Below are positions 20,762-30,008 of a DNA stretch of 64,000 nucleotides, piece after piece (within the stretch, counting starts at the first letter, position 1; each line of letters starts with the position of its first letter). The translations under genes and the position numbers were made by a program. A model generated the notes under the pieces. That model was given only the letters and a program-made list of their open reading frames with translations. It did no database searches and was not told the DNA's origin. Source of the stretch: a virus (Duplodnaviria; Caudoviricetes); IMG/VR virus record IMGVR_UViG_2936514734_000001, positions 32,001 to 96,000 of that record; one strand, 5' to 3'.

Positions 20762-23452
20762 ATGGCTACTTTGTTTAGCAACTTGTCGTCGGGGTCAAAC
20801 CCGACGATGCTTTATACTGTTACAGCAAACGAGACATCTCGTGCCGCTACATCCGTAACATTTAGTGTCACAGTACAAGCTAGATTAGAAGATCAAACTT
20901 ATGGTTATTTTAGTGCTCATGTATATCCTAAAATCAAAATGGGTGGAACAACTGTATCATTTGATTCTCTTGGTACATTTCCAAGAGGAGCGGGTACAAA
21001 ATCAAGTACGAAAACCGTAACAGTTACAGGTCTATCTTCATCAACGAAATCTGTATCATATACGTTTTCAGCAACTAGTGAACTAGGAGGAACATCAAGT
21101 TCCACTACTGGTTATGTAGGTGGTAAATCAGGGACAGTATCCATTTCAGCTTATGCAACCGCTCCTTCTCTTAGTGGAAGTGTAACAATTAAAGATGGAA
21201 GCACAGTCGTTTCTTCTTACTTTAGAGAAAACATAGGAAGCGGATCTTTCTCTTTAAGTTGGCCTAGCCAAAGTGGAGGTAATGGTACTATAAGATATGA
21301 ACTAGAGCGATCAGTTAATGGCGGTTCATATGTAGATGTAAACAACTCCCTAACTTCAACCTCTACGACACATGCTCCTGGAAGTGTAGATGTGATTCGT
21401 TATCGTGTTCGTGCTAAAAATACGGTAGGTACAGATGTTTTATATTCGGGGTGGATTTACTCTCCTTCAGTTAAAAAGAATGAATTAACGCCTCCGTCAC
21501 TAAGTTCAGGTGCTACAGTTACTTACAATACGAACACGCTCACTCTCTCATTAGGGGCTTCTACTGACAACCTTGGAAGATCAATTAGCTATACGCTAAC
21601 TCATAAAAGCGGTTCTAAAACAACACTAAATGGCTCTGGCGGTTCCGTTAGTCCAGGCTCTATCACAGTCAATACAAACAACGGAACATCTGGATTTTAT
21701 ATAACCCTTGCTAACCTAAAAACAGCAGCTCTAGGATCAACTACGCATTCAGATACTAATCCATATAAGGGTGTACTAGAATTTACGGTAACAGCAAACA
21801 ATGGATACAGTACTAAATCGACTAACGTTTCTGTCCCATTAGATTTAGGCAAGGATGCTCCTGTAAGCGGAACCCCGAGTGTTTCTATTGCTTCTAGCTC
21901 TTACTTTGTTATTAACTCAACAAATGTCGCTTTCCCAGAATACAAGCCTATTACACTAACTATACCTGCAAATGTTCAAGATGTTTTGGGAAGAAACTGT
22001 AGTTTTGATATTGTCATCAAAGAAGGGACTACTGAAAAAGCTATTAAAAACACAGGTATTATTACTTCTACTTCAGGAACAACAGCTACTGTTAATAACG
22101 TAGAGGCAGGCTTGTTAACGGCTAAGAAAACTGTATCTTTTTATGTGAAAGCAAAGACATACAATGGTGTAACTAAATCCTCTACAGCTACCCCTAACCA
22201 AGATCTTCATTATTATAAGAAACCTACAGTAACTTCAAGTAGTCTTTCTCGTGTTTCAGGTTCCGCTTCTTTTGTTACTAAGATTACAGCAAACACTTCT
22301 CTTGGCGGCTCTACAAATACGTCAACTATGCCAAGTGGATGGACAAAAGGAACTTCAACTACTTCTGGTTCAACTGAAACATACACAGTTAGTAGAAGCG
22401 GTTTAGCAGATTCATATTCTGCAAAAATATCACTTGTAATTCGTGACTCAATTGGTTTTATTTTAAAAGGGGATGGAAGTAACGACGTAACAATGCCCGT
22501 TACGATTCCATCATTTAGCCCAATGCTTTCTATTCGTGAAAAGGGTGTAGGTATTAATGCCTTTGCAACGGATGCAGAAATGCTTAAAGTAGGCGGAAAT
22601 ATAACGCTTGCTAATAATGGAACAATCAAAACAAGAGGTGTCTATGGAAATAGCATGGATGCTTCAATGCTTTATGATCATCTAAATGGAAATGTGACGC
22701 TTAGTGCGTTAGGTGCGGATCTATATATTGGATACACAAATACATCACGAGTAAGATTATGGTCAGGATTGTGGGATAAGAACGTTACCCAAGAAATCAT
22801 TTCAAACACAGGTGACTTTAGAGCAAAAAATAAAGTTACAGCTAATGAGTATTGGTTAAAAGATGACACAAACTCTGATAGAAAATTCATGTCTAGCTAC
22901 AAAAATGATGCTAATGGATACGGTCTATCAATAGGTGCCGGATGGGAAACGGTTATTGGTGGAGGCGAAGGAGACACTACGTACCAGGCTAATGCTACTG
23001 GTCAGATGGAGCAAATTGTTCTTGCGTCAGATAACAGTATAAAACTCTTCACAAACATCCAACAAGGATGGGCTAGTAATAAAGAATGGAAATTTGGGAC
23101 CGACGGAATCATTACTATGCCTCGATACAAATATCCTCATGGTTATAATATGGCTGCGGTCAGGGATCCGTCTGGTGCCCATGACGATACGATGCTCATT
23201 CAAAACGTTCAGGAAACTGCAACATTCACTGGTGGAGAAGGTTATGCGGATATTACTTTTGGAGTCCAGTTTGCAGCGGCCCCGGTTTGGATTCTAGCAA
23301 CACCAATAAATGCTAAGTCGTTAGACTACACTGCCGCTGTTTATAATGCAACCACCACAGGATGCAGAGTTTATATGAAAAACATAAACGGTGTAGGTGG
23401 AACGACTAGTGTTAGTATTGGCGTACAAGTAGTAGCTTGTGGTAGAAAGTAA
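20762..23452 (+). CDS. tail fibre protein (FN3-like domains, C-terminal lectin-like tip)
   Basis: Ser/Thr-rich; YRVRAKN FN3 motif; C-terminal ITFGVQFAAAP...ATTTG motif. Confidence 0.7.
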   Translation: MATLFSNLSSGSNPTMLYTVTANETSRAATSVTFSVTVQARLEDQTYGYFSAHVYPKIKMGGTTVSFDSLGTFPRGAGTKSSTKTVTVTGLSSSTKSVSYTFSATSELGGTSSSTTGYVGGKSGTVSISAYATAPSLSGSVTIKDGSTVVSSYFRENIGSGSFSLSWPSQSGGNGTIRYELERSVNGGSYVDVNNSLTSTSTTHAPGSVDVIRYRVRAKNTVGTDVLYSGWIYSPSVKKNELTPPSLSSGATVTYNTNTLTLSLGASTDNLGRSISYTLTHKSGSKTTLNGSGGSVSPGSITVNTNNGTSGFYITLANLKTAALGSTTHSDTNPYKGVLEFTVTANNGYSTKSTNVSVPLDLGKDAPVSGTPSVSIASSSYFVINSTNVAFPEYKPITLTIPANVQDVLGRNCSFDIVIKEGTTEKAIKNTGIITSTSGTTATVNNVEAGLLTAKKTVSFYVKAKTYNGVTKSSTATPNQDLHYYKKPTVTSSSLSRVSGSASFVTKITANTSLGGSTNTSTMPSGWTKGTSTTSGSTETYTVSRSGLADSYSAKISLVIRDSIGFILKGDGSNDVTMPVTIPSFSPMLSIREKGVGINAFATDAEMLKVGGNITLANNGTIKTRGVYGNSMDASMLYDHLNGNVTLSALGADLYIGYTNTSRVRLWSGLWDKNVTQEIISNTGDFRAKNKVTANEYWLKDDTNSDRKFMSSYKNDANGYGLSIGAGWETVIGGGEGDTTYQANATGQMEQIVLASDNSIKLFTNIQQGWASNKEWKFGTDGIITMPRYKYPHGYNMAAVRDPSGAHDDTMLIQNVQETATFTGGEGYADITFGVQFAAAPVWILATPINAKSLDYTAAVYNATTTGCRVYMKNINGVGGTTSVSIGVQVVACGRK

Positions 23453-23475
23453 TAATACAAAAGAGGTAATTCGAA

Positions 23476-23964
23476 ATGATTAATACACAAATTACTTATG
23501 GGGAAAATTATTTTATGGAAGGTTTTGAGGTTTCAATACCCCAAGACCTCCTTATAGAAGTATCATCAGGTAAATTTTTCACTATACAAAAAACTACGAA
23601 AGAACAAACTGTAGAAAAAGAACTAGAAGATGGTTCAATTACTCAAGTAACAGAGATGATTGAAGTCGAAGAAATATCTAGTGATGAATACTCCCCATTT
23701 TCCTTTAAAATTGAATCCGACGATTTCTTTAATGTTACTTATGATGTTTACTTATTAGAACTTCCTACAAACAATGAATACCAAATCCATATAGATCGAA
23801 CAGAAATGGATGGCGATACCGTTCCTTTTTATAGCGGAAAAGAAACTATTAGGTTTCTATTAATGTCATTCATCGTTCCACCAAATACACAATCCTTAGA
23901 TGATGTACAAATTAACGTAAAAAGGGTTGTGAGAAACGGTGATTATGATCCAGCCGAACAATAA
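23476..23964 (+). CDS. hypothetical acidic protein
   Basis: ORF with GAGGT SD in tail operon. Confidence 0.65.
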   Translation: MINTQITYGENYFMEGFEVSIPQDLLIEVSSGKFFTIQKTTKEQTVEKELEDGSITQVTEMIEVEEISSDEYSPFSFKIESDDFFNVTYDVYLLELPTNNEYQIHIDRTEMDGDTVPFYSGKETIRFLLMSFIVPPNTQSLDDVQINVKRVVRNGDYDPAEQ

Positions 23965-24526
23965 AACTATAAGTGAACGAAGAAAAGCGGAGCTTAGAGG
24001 GGAATTAGAACTAGACTTTATCAATCAAATTATTATCGAACAAGGATATAACGCACTGTCTGTATATCAAAAGGAAGTTGTTAGTGACAAAGTTTCAGAT
24101 GGTGCAATACGTATTCTTGAAGTAGAAGATGATGAAATATTAGAATATGTAAAATCCATCAAGATTGAATTCTTTAAAAAGACATGTGAAGAACAAATAG
24201 AGCTTGGATTTACTTCTAGTAATGGACACTTCTATAGAACAAATCGTGATGACCAAGTTAATATGATTGGACAAAAAGATTCGTTAGTTGATGATCCATC
24301 AATTACTTATGTGGATTGGAAGACGGAAGATGTAGGATACATTCGTCATACAAAAGAGCAGTGGATGCAAGTTTACAACGAAGCTTTTGCTCATAAAAAA
24401 GATCAATTATTTAAATATGAAGCGTTAAAGCAACAAGTATTAGCAGCTACAAATCAAGATGAAGTCGCTTTAATACAATGGACAGAAGCTAAAATGGAAG
24501 TAAAAGTTCAAATGCTTGCTTCTTGA
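23939..24526 (+). CDS. DUF4376-like tail fibre assembly protein
   Basis: CEEQIELGF...HFY...DDQVNM...W.T...HT.EQ motif; located after fibre gene. Confidence 0.6.
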   Translation: MIMIQPNNKTISERRKAELRGELELDFINQIIIEQGYNALSVYQKEVVSDKVSDGAIRILEVEDDEILEYVKSIKIEFFKKTCEEQIELGFTSSNGHFYRTNRDDQVNMIGQKDSLVDDPSITYVDWKTEDVGYIRHTKEQWMQVYNEAFAHKKDQLFKYEALKQQVLAATNQDEVALIQWTEAKMEVKVQMLAS

Positions 24527-24552
24527 GAAACTATGTTCCAAATATTCAATAG
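24520..24552 (+). other. Ter-like replication terminator (RTP binding site)
   Basis: GAGAAACTATGTTCCAAATATTCAAT resembles B. subtilis TerI core CTATGTACCAAATGTTCAGT (17/20); 20-nt exact match to the site upstream of rtp. Confidence 0.75.
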
Positions 24553-24561
24553 GAGGAAAAA

Positions 24562-24783
24562 ATGATGGCTACACAAGTGGATTACTTAAACGAACCAATT
24601 AATGCGAACTTATATATTAAGGAGTTAGAAGAAGAGGTAACTCGATTAACGACTCAGAATTTAAAATTGAGAAGTTTAGTACAGCAATATGGAATAAAAG
24701 CAAATCAACATCCAGCACCACCTGCTCCAGAAGCAATACCGGAACAGCCAGTTCCAGCAGAGCCAAGAGTGGTTAAACAATAG
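24562..24783 (+). CDS. small coiled-coil protein with Pro-rich tail
   Basis: AGGAGG SD; ORF track. Confidence 0.65.
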   Translation: MMATQVDYLNEPINANLYIKELEEEVTRLTTQNLKLRSLVQQYGIKANQHPAPPAPEAIPEQPVPAEPRVVKQ

Positions 24784-24861
24784 TTGACTGGTATATAGCG
24801 AATGGTTACGTTCATGAGGGAGCAGATTAGCTCCCTCTTATTTTATTTTGGAGGTGTTTTC

Positions 24862-25236
24862 GTGACACAGATTCGTATTCGTTCCATTGTAAATGGCGAA
24901 GCTTCTCCTTGGTTATATACTCAAGACGAAATTAAGCAGGAGACTCCAAAAGCTAAAGTTTTTAAAATTGAAGCAACTCCTGTTACAGTACAACGTTCAC
25001 GAGTAAATCAATACGGACGTTTTCGTTATAGTGAAATGCAATATGGAGAAATTGAGAGACTATTAAATTCTTCAATAGAAGTAAGCACAACACCTATACG
25101 TATTAAAGCTCCTAATGGTAGCTGGATCTATTCACAGCAAGCAGTAGTTGACGGAGCTTGTCCGGCTATTCGTATTAGAAGTAAATATGGTAACAGTTTA
25201 AGTCCATGGGTTTATATCCAACAAGAGGAGGTGTAA
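24862..25236 (+). CDS. hypothetical structural protein with three IRI..W.Y.Q repeats
   Basis: GGAGGTG SD before GTG 24862; internal repeats. Confidence 0.6.
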   Translation: MTQIRIRSIVNGEASPWLYTQDEIKQETPKAKVFKIEATPVTVQRSRVNQYGRFRYSEMQYGEIERLLNSSIEVSTTPIRIKAPNGSWIYSQQAVVDGACPAIRIRSKYGNSLSPWVYIQQEEV

Positions 25237-25238
25237 GT

Positions 25239-26009
25239 ATGGAGTACTTGCAAAATTACCTATCTGTTTTACCTGACTACGATAGAAAAGAAGTAGAGCA
25301 GCTTATTCAGGACAATATGGATTTATTCGATGTAAAAGCAATCACAAAAGAAGAATTCGAAGCCCTTTTAAATCAATTAGCTAATCGAAGTGAAAAGGTT
25401 ACAACCTTAGAACCTACAGGTGACAAAGTAGATGCAGAACATTTTAACACAATGCACTCTAACGTCGCGCTTGATTTAAAACGCTTATATAATTCTCACT
25501 CTATTTTAGAGAAAGTAATTGCAAACTACGACAGGATTTTAAGAGGTACACTCGATGATGTAAAAAGAGAAGTGGATTCTCTTGCCACTCGTGTAGAGGA
25601 ACTAAACCTTAAAGCAAAAGGTGAGGATGGGTTAGTTATTAAAACATATGGTTTTGATGAAAAAGAAAAGAATCTTTACATGGAAACAGACCGAAATAAA
25701 TATGCTCATTTGTTTTTAGATAGAGACGACAAACCCCTACCTAATGCAGAATTAAACCGTAGTTTTCAACAGCATTATTTATCTTTACCTATACGTGAAG
25801 TAGAAAATGCATTACAAGATAGTAGTGGAAAAGTAACCGCTAAAATTGAAGTTCAAACAGTTAGTCCTAATGTTATTACAGATGAAAATCATCCGCTTAA
25901 ATATGCAATCGATGAATCCAAAGATACGTATTGGGCACAAGCAGTTAAACTGAGTGAACCAGCCTATACTGAAACAACGAAAATATTTAAAGACATACAA
26001 AAGATGTAG
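25239..26009 (+). CDS. structural protein, N-terminal part of a split coiled-coil/discoidin-like paralog
   Basis: GGAGGTG SD; coiled coil followed by AIDESKDTYW motif. Confidence 0.65.
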   Translation: MEYLQNYLSVLPDYDRKEVEQLIQDNMDLFDVKAITKEEFEALLNQLANRSEKVTTLEPTGDKVDAEHFNTMHSNVALDLKRLYNSHSILEKVIANYDRILRGTLDDVKREVDSLATRVEELNLKAKGEDGLVIKTYGFDEKEKNLYMETDRNKYAHLFLDRDDKPLPNAELNRSFQQHYLSLPIREVENALQDSSGKVTAKIEVQTVSPNVITDENHPLKYAIDESKDTYWAQAVKLSEPAYTETTKIFKDIQKM

Positions 26010-26024
26010 AAAGGAGGATTTTAA

Positions 26025-26975
26025 GTGAATAGTGTTACGTATATTGAGCAGCAGTTTTCATTTTCTGTATCTGAATTTGAAGGTTTGTGGTCAATGACAT
26101 TTATGCATCCTTACAATAGGGAAGAACATCTGAGTATTTATTTGGTTGCTCCTAATAGTGATTATGACGAAAGTAAGATAACCGACGACAAACCTATTGT
26201 AGAAGCAGGGCCAAGGTTAACTGACTTTTTAAATCATCTATTATATAAGATTGAATACTATCCATATACTTGGGATTTAGCCGGTAAGAAAATTGTATCG
26301 TTTGGATATGACTTTGAATGTGACTATAATGGTACGTCTCTAACTGAGATTGATTTTACAGAAATCGCATTTAAAGAAGTAAACGAATACTACAACTTCT
26401 TCTCACCGCTTGAAGCAGATATAGTGACCCCTGACGAAACAGTAAGTGGAAAAGGTGTTATGGCAAAATTAAAGATTACATTGGATAAACCAAAGTATGT
26501 CAATCACTTAAACATTGATTATTTTACAGAATATCCAATCGAATTATTAACCCTTATGTATAGAGCAGATGAAAGTTCAGATGCTACTATCTATGAAATT
26601 CCGCTATCTAAAGCTGTTCAAACAAACAGTTCTATTCATCTTCATTTCTCCCCGGTTTTCGCTAAGACTTTTTATCTAATCATCAAGCAAGAATCTTATA
26701 CCCTATTAGATGGTTCTAAATCTGAGGCAGATATCAGTAAAGAAGAAATATGGAAGCAAGCTTCTACAGTAAGCAAATCTATGTATGAAGCCGCTGTTGG
26801 TGATTACATTAGTCAATTATTCGCAACAAAATCTGCTGTTGATCTACATCAAACGATTATGGATAGTTACCAAAACATAAACAAAAATCTCACTGATCCT
26901 TCAATGGAACCTATGAATGAATATAGAAATGATTTTAATAAAATCAAGACAGTTCTTGATAGTCAACAAAGATAG
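26025..26975 (+). CDS. structural protein, middle part of the split paralog
   Basis: AAGGAGG SD with GTG start; LKITLDKPKYVNHL...HFSPVFAK..LIIKQ motif. Confidence 0.65.
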   Translation: MNSVTYIEQQFSFSVSEFEGLWSMTFMHPYNREEHLSIYLVAPNSDYDESKITDDKPIVEAGPRLTDFLNHLLYKIEYYPYTWDLAGKKIVSFGYDFECDYNGTSLTEIDFTEIAFKEVNEYYNFFSPLEADIVTPDETVSGKGVMAKLKITLDKPKYVNHLNIDYFTEYPIELLTLMYRADESSDATIYEIPLSKAVQTNSSIHLHFSPVFAKTFYLIIKQESYTLLDGSKSEADISKEEIWKQASTVSKSMYEAAVGDYISQLFATKSAVDLHQTIMDSYQNINKNLTDPSMEPMNEYRNDFNKIKTVLDSQQR

Positions 26976-26989
26976 AGAGGAGGATACCT

Positions 26990-28210
26990 TTGGGTACAAA
27001 TAATTTTGAATATGCAAGCAAACCAAAAACAGTATCTGTTCAGAACCAAACAACTCAAGCGAGTAGCAAAACTCCTGGTCCGCTGCCTTCCTTACTAAAT
27101 GGAGAGACAGCTAGTAAAAAGATAAATAGTTCAACAGGCTATGTATACCAATATGGCATTAAGAATATCGGATTAAGTCATTCTCTATACAGCCAAGCAG
27201 GAATCTTTGTAACTAAGCCAATTGATGTAGAAGGTAACATTGTAGAGGTTTCATTGTCTACATCTGAAGACCATCCTTTATTTAATGAATTAGATGGAAT
27301 GGCTACAGATCGTGTCACCTCAATCGAATACTATATTTCTTTAGAAGAAAATCCTTCACCAAATGATTGGGTTCCTATTCTTCCAGAAGAAACTAAAACA
27401 GTTAAATGCGAGAAGCTTTTCTTTCAGGGTTCTAGTGCAAGGCTTAGATTTACAGCTGATATAAGCGATGAAGAAAATACAGATGTATATAAAAACAACA
27501 TCTTAATTAGTAAGGATGACTGGTACTTTACAGATCGTGGAGCATCTATTCAACTCTCTGCTCCCCGTGATCAAAGTGCAATATACACAATCGATTATGT
27601 ACCTGACTCTGATTTATTAGATCCTTGGACAGTTAAAGTAGGAGATAGGTTCTCTAAAAGAGTTAGACAAACTGAACACTTCCCGAACGGAACGGATTCT
27701 AACAACACTATTAAGCTTTCTAAGTATCCTTTCATTGATTACGACCTAGTGAATCAATCTTCAAATTATGACCCAAATAAGAGTGATTACAGGCCCATAG
27801 ATGTATTCCTAACTGACGCAACAATTACTTCTGGTAACGGTCAAATCCAGAAAGAGTTTTATCCAATGGCGTACTCTAATAAGGAAGAGTTTATTACTAA
27901 GAACTGTACCGACTATAAAAACAGCAAAGATGCTTCATTGAATAAATACAGTATTAATCCTGATTCAACTTATAAAGTAATGGAGTATAAACAGGAAAAG
28001 AATAAGCTTATCTTTACAGAGAGCTTTAACCGTTCAAATCTATACTACAACGAAGCTACAAATCACGGGAATGCTACTATTGTCGTTCAATATGATTACC
28101 TTGTAACAAGTTTCCGCTTGAAAATTATCCTTAGAAAGAATACAGGTGATGAACTGGTAGTGACACCTTTAACAAACAGCTACCAGTTAAAATTCAAAGT
28201 TATGAAGTAA
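26990..28210 (+). CDS. structural protein, C-terminal part of the split paralog
   Basis: GAGGAGG SD with TTG start; YQYGIKNI...G.FVTKP...IEYYIS...WVPI motif. Confidence 0.65.
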   Translation: MGTNNFEYASKPKTVSVQNQTTQASSKTPGPLPSLLNGETASKKINSSTGYVYQYGIKNIGLSHSLYSQAGIFVTKPIDVEGNIVEVSLSTSEDHPLFNELDGMATDRVTSIEYYISLEENPSPNDWVPILPEETKTVKCEKLFFQGSSARLRFTADISDEENTDVYKNNILISKDDWYFTDRGASIQLSAPRDQSAIYTIDYVPDSDLLDPWTVKVGDRFSKRVRQTEHFPNGTDSNNTIKLSKYPFIDYDLVNQSSNYDPNKSDYRPIDVFLTDATITSGNGQIQKEFYPMAYSNKEEFITKNCTDYKNSKDASLNKYSINPDSTYKVMEYKQEKNKLIFTESFNRSNLYYNEATNHGNATIVVQYDYLVTSFRLKIILRKNTGDELVVTPLTNSYQLKFKVMK

Positions 28211-28223
28211 AGGAGGTGCTAGC

Positions 28224-30005
28224 ATGGAAGCTCCTGTTATTGAATCAAAGATTCTAGAACAACAAAAAGAATATTTACTAGAGCAAGCTAAAGTAAGACT
28301 AGGTAGTGCCGCTACTCAAGAAGAAGTATCTCAATTAGCCGATGAAATTTTTTATCGTTATCAGTCTTGTATCGGTAGACCTTTATTTCAAGCCAGACAG
28401 GTAGTGTATGGAGAATTACCTTTCTTGGAAGATTACTATGAGAACAATAAAGAAATGGAGAAAGATTTAGCCATTCTTTTTTCAGAGTTAAACACGATTG
28501 CTACTTATCTAGTTGACTACTTTAATTATTCTCAATCTGAAAAAGAACGCATTATGACGATTGTGAGAGGGATTAATGGTGTAGTGACAGATCTTCAAAT
28601 GTTAACAGAAGAAACTACACCTAACACAGTATATCTAAAGGAGTCATTTACGAACTACGATAATGTAGATGTTGACCTTACGGATATTGAAAACCGCTGT
28701 ATGATCCACACCGAAGAAGGGGTTTTAACTTTACGCCGTACAGGTGCAACAAATCGAAGCATCGGAAGTAAAGTCCGAACCATTCAAGGAAATGGAATGA
28801 AGGGTACATATTATTTAGCTCGTAAAATATCTGCAGAAACCGATTACGATAATTATGAATATGTTTCTACTCAGATAACAAATGATTCCGAAGATGCATT
28901 GATTGATGGTAACGTTGATACTGTTTATGAATATCAACTAGTAAACATTCCTGAAAGCTATAAAAAACAAGCATCTTATTATGATGTAGAGTGGGCAAAA
29001 GGGGATGAACATAATGATTTGTTAAGATTGAAAATTGTTGTTCAACTACCAGAAGTTCAAACAATTAACTGGATTGACTTAAAACCCTATCATGCCGCGG
29101 GAAGTCCTGGTACTGTCAATGTCTATTCTGTTCGTACATCCGCTGATGGAATTAACTACAAAGGCTTATTCCAAGATGATGAATTTGTTTTGAGTCAGCA
29201 GGTTAACGGAACTCCACAAAGCTACCGAGCTGAAGACTTATTTGACGGTAGTGAAGATTTTGCTAATACGAAATTCACAGGGCAGGGCGTATGGAGTTTT
29301 CCTTCAAGAGAAGCTAAATACATTGAATTTGTATTAGAGCAACCTAACTCATACAAAGAACTATTAGGACAGGAAGCATACTATAGAAGAAAAGCGGATT
29401 CTGGTTCGTGGACACGTATTCCCAAACAAGAAGTTCCTAGTAATATCGTAGATGAAAAATACGGTATTCATACAGTTAACGGAGATTATGAAATTAAAAA
29501 AGTTTTAGAGACTGTTGAAGGTTGGCGTTATGCTATTGGTGTTCGTGACATCCAAATCATGAGCTTTGAATTTGATGAAGCAAGTGAATATATTAGTAAG
29601 CCTTTTAGAGTGGAAGATGGCATTAAAAAGTTATTACTTTATGCCAATGAAAAAGTTCCTTCTATTTATAAAGATACAGTAAGTGAGTCGAACGATTGGA
29701 TTCAATACGCTGTATCTTTTGATGATATTGATTGGTACCGTATCTCTCCACAACATCATCAACCTGTAAATGATTCTTTCCCCGCTAAGATTCTTTCTAT
29801 AAATGACAATGAATCCGACATAGCAAGCGCATTTGAGCTTCATAAACAAAATATAAAGTTAGGTGAATTACCTACTCAAGTACGCCTTAAGATTACAATG
29901 AAGCGCCCTGAGAAGAGTAAAGAAGATGAAATTCCGCTTCTTAACACAACGCCTATGGTTGAAGACTTTGCTTTAAAAATTCTCACAGAACAGAAAGAGG
30001 TGTAG
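28224..30005 (+). CDS. structural protein, coiled-coil plus discoidin-like family
   Basis: ALIDGNVDT, FPSREAKYIEF and YAIGVRDI motifs. Confidence 0.65.
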   Translation: MEAPVIESKILEQQKEYLLEQAKVRLGSAATQEEVSQLADEIFYRYQSCIGRPLFQARQVVYGELPFLEDYYENNKEMEKDLAILFSELNTIATYLVDYFNYSQSEKERIMTIVRGINGVVTDLQMLTEETTPNTVYLKESFTNYDNVDVDLTDIENRCMIHTEEGVLTLRRTGATNRSIGSKVRTIQGNGMKGTYYLARKISAETDYDNYEYVSTQITNDSEDALIDGNVDTVYEYQLVNIPESYKKQASYYDVEWAKGDEHNDLLRLKIVVQLPEVQTINWIDLKPYHAAGSPGTVNVYSVRTSADGINYKGLFQDDEFVLSQQVNGTPQSYRAEDLFDGSEDFANTKFTGQGVWSFPSREAKYIEFVLEQPNSYKELLGQEAYYRRKADSGSWTRIPKQEVPSNIVDEKYGIHTVNGDYEIKKVLETVEGWRYAIGVRDIQIMSFEFDEASEYISKPFRVEDGIKKLLLYANEKVPSIYKDTVSESNDWIQYAVSFDDIDWYRISPQHHQPVNDSFPAKILSINDNESDIASAFELHKQNIKLGELPTQVRLKITMKRPEKSKEDEIPLLNTTPMVEDFALKILTEQKEV

Positions 30006-30008
30006 GAA

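Noticed and set aside
3170-24812. Recurring (A/T)GGTTA upstream of structural genes as a late promoter motif
   Set aside because: Too short and too few instances to separate from chance
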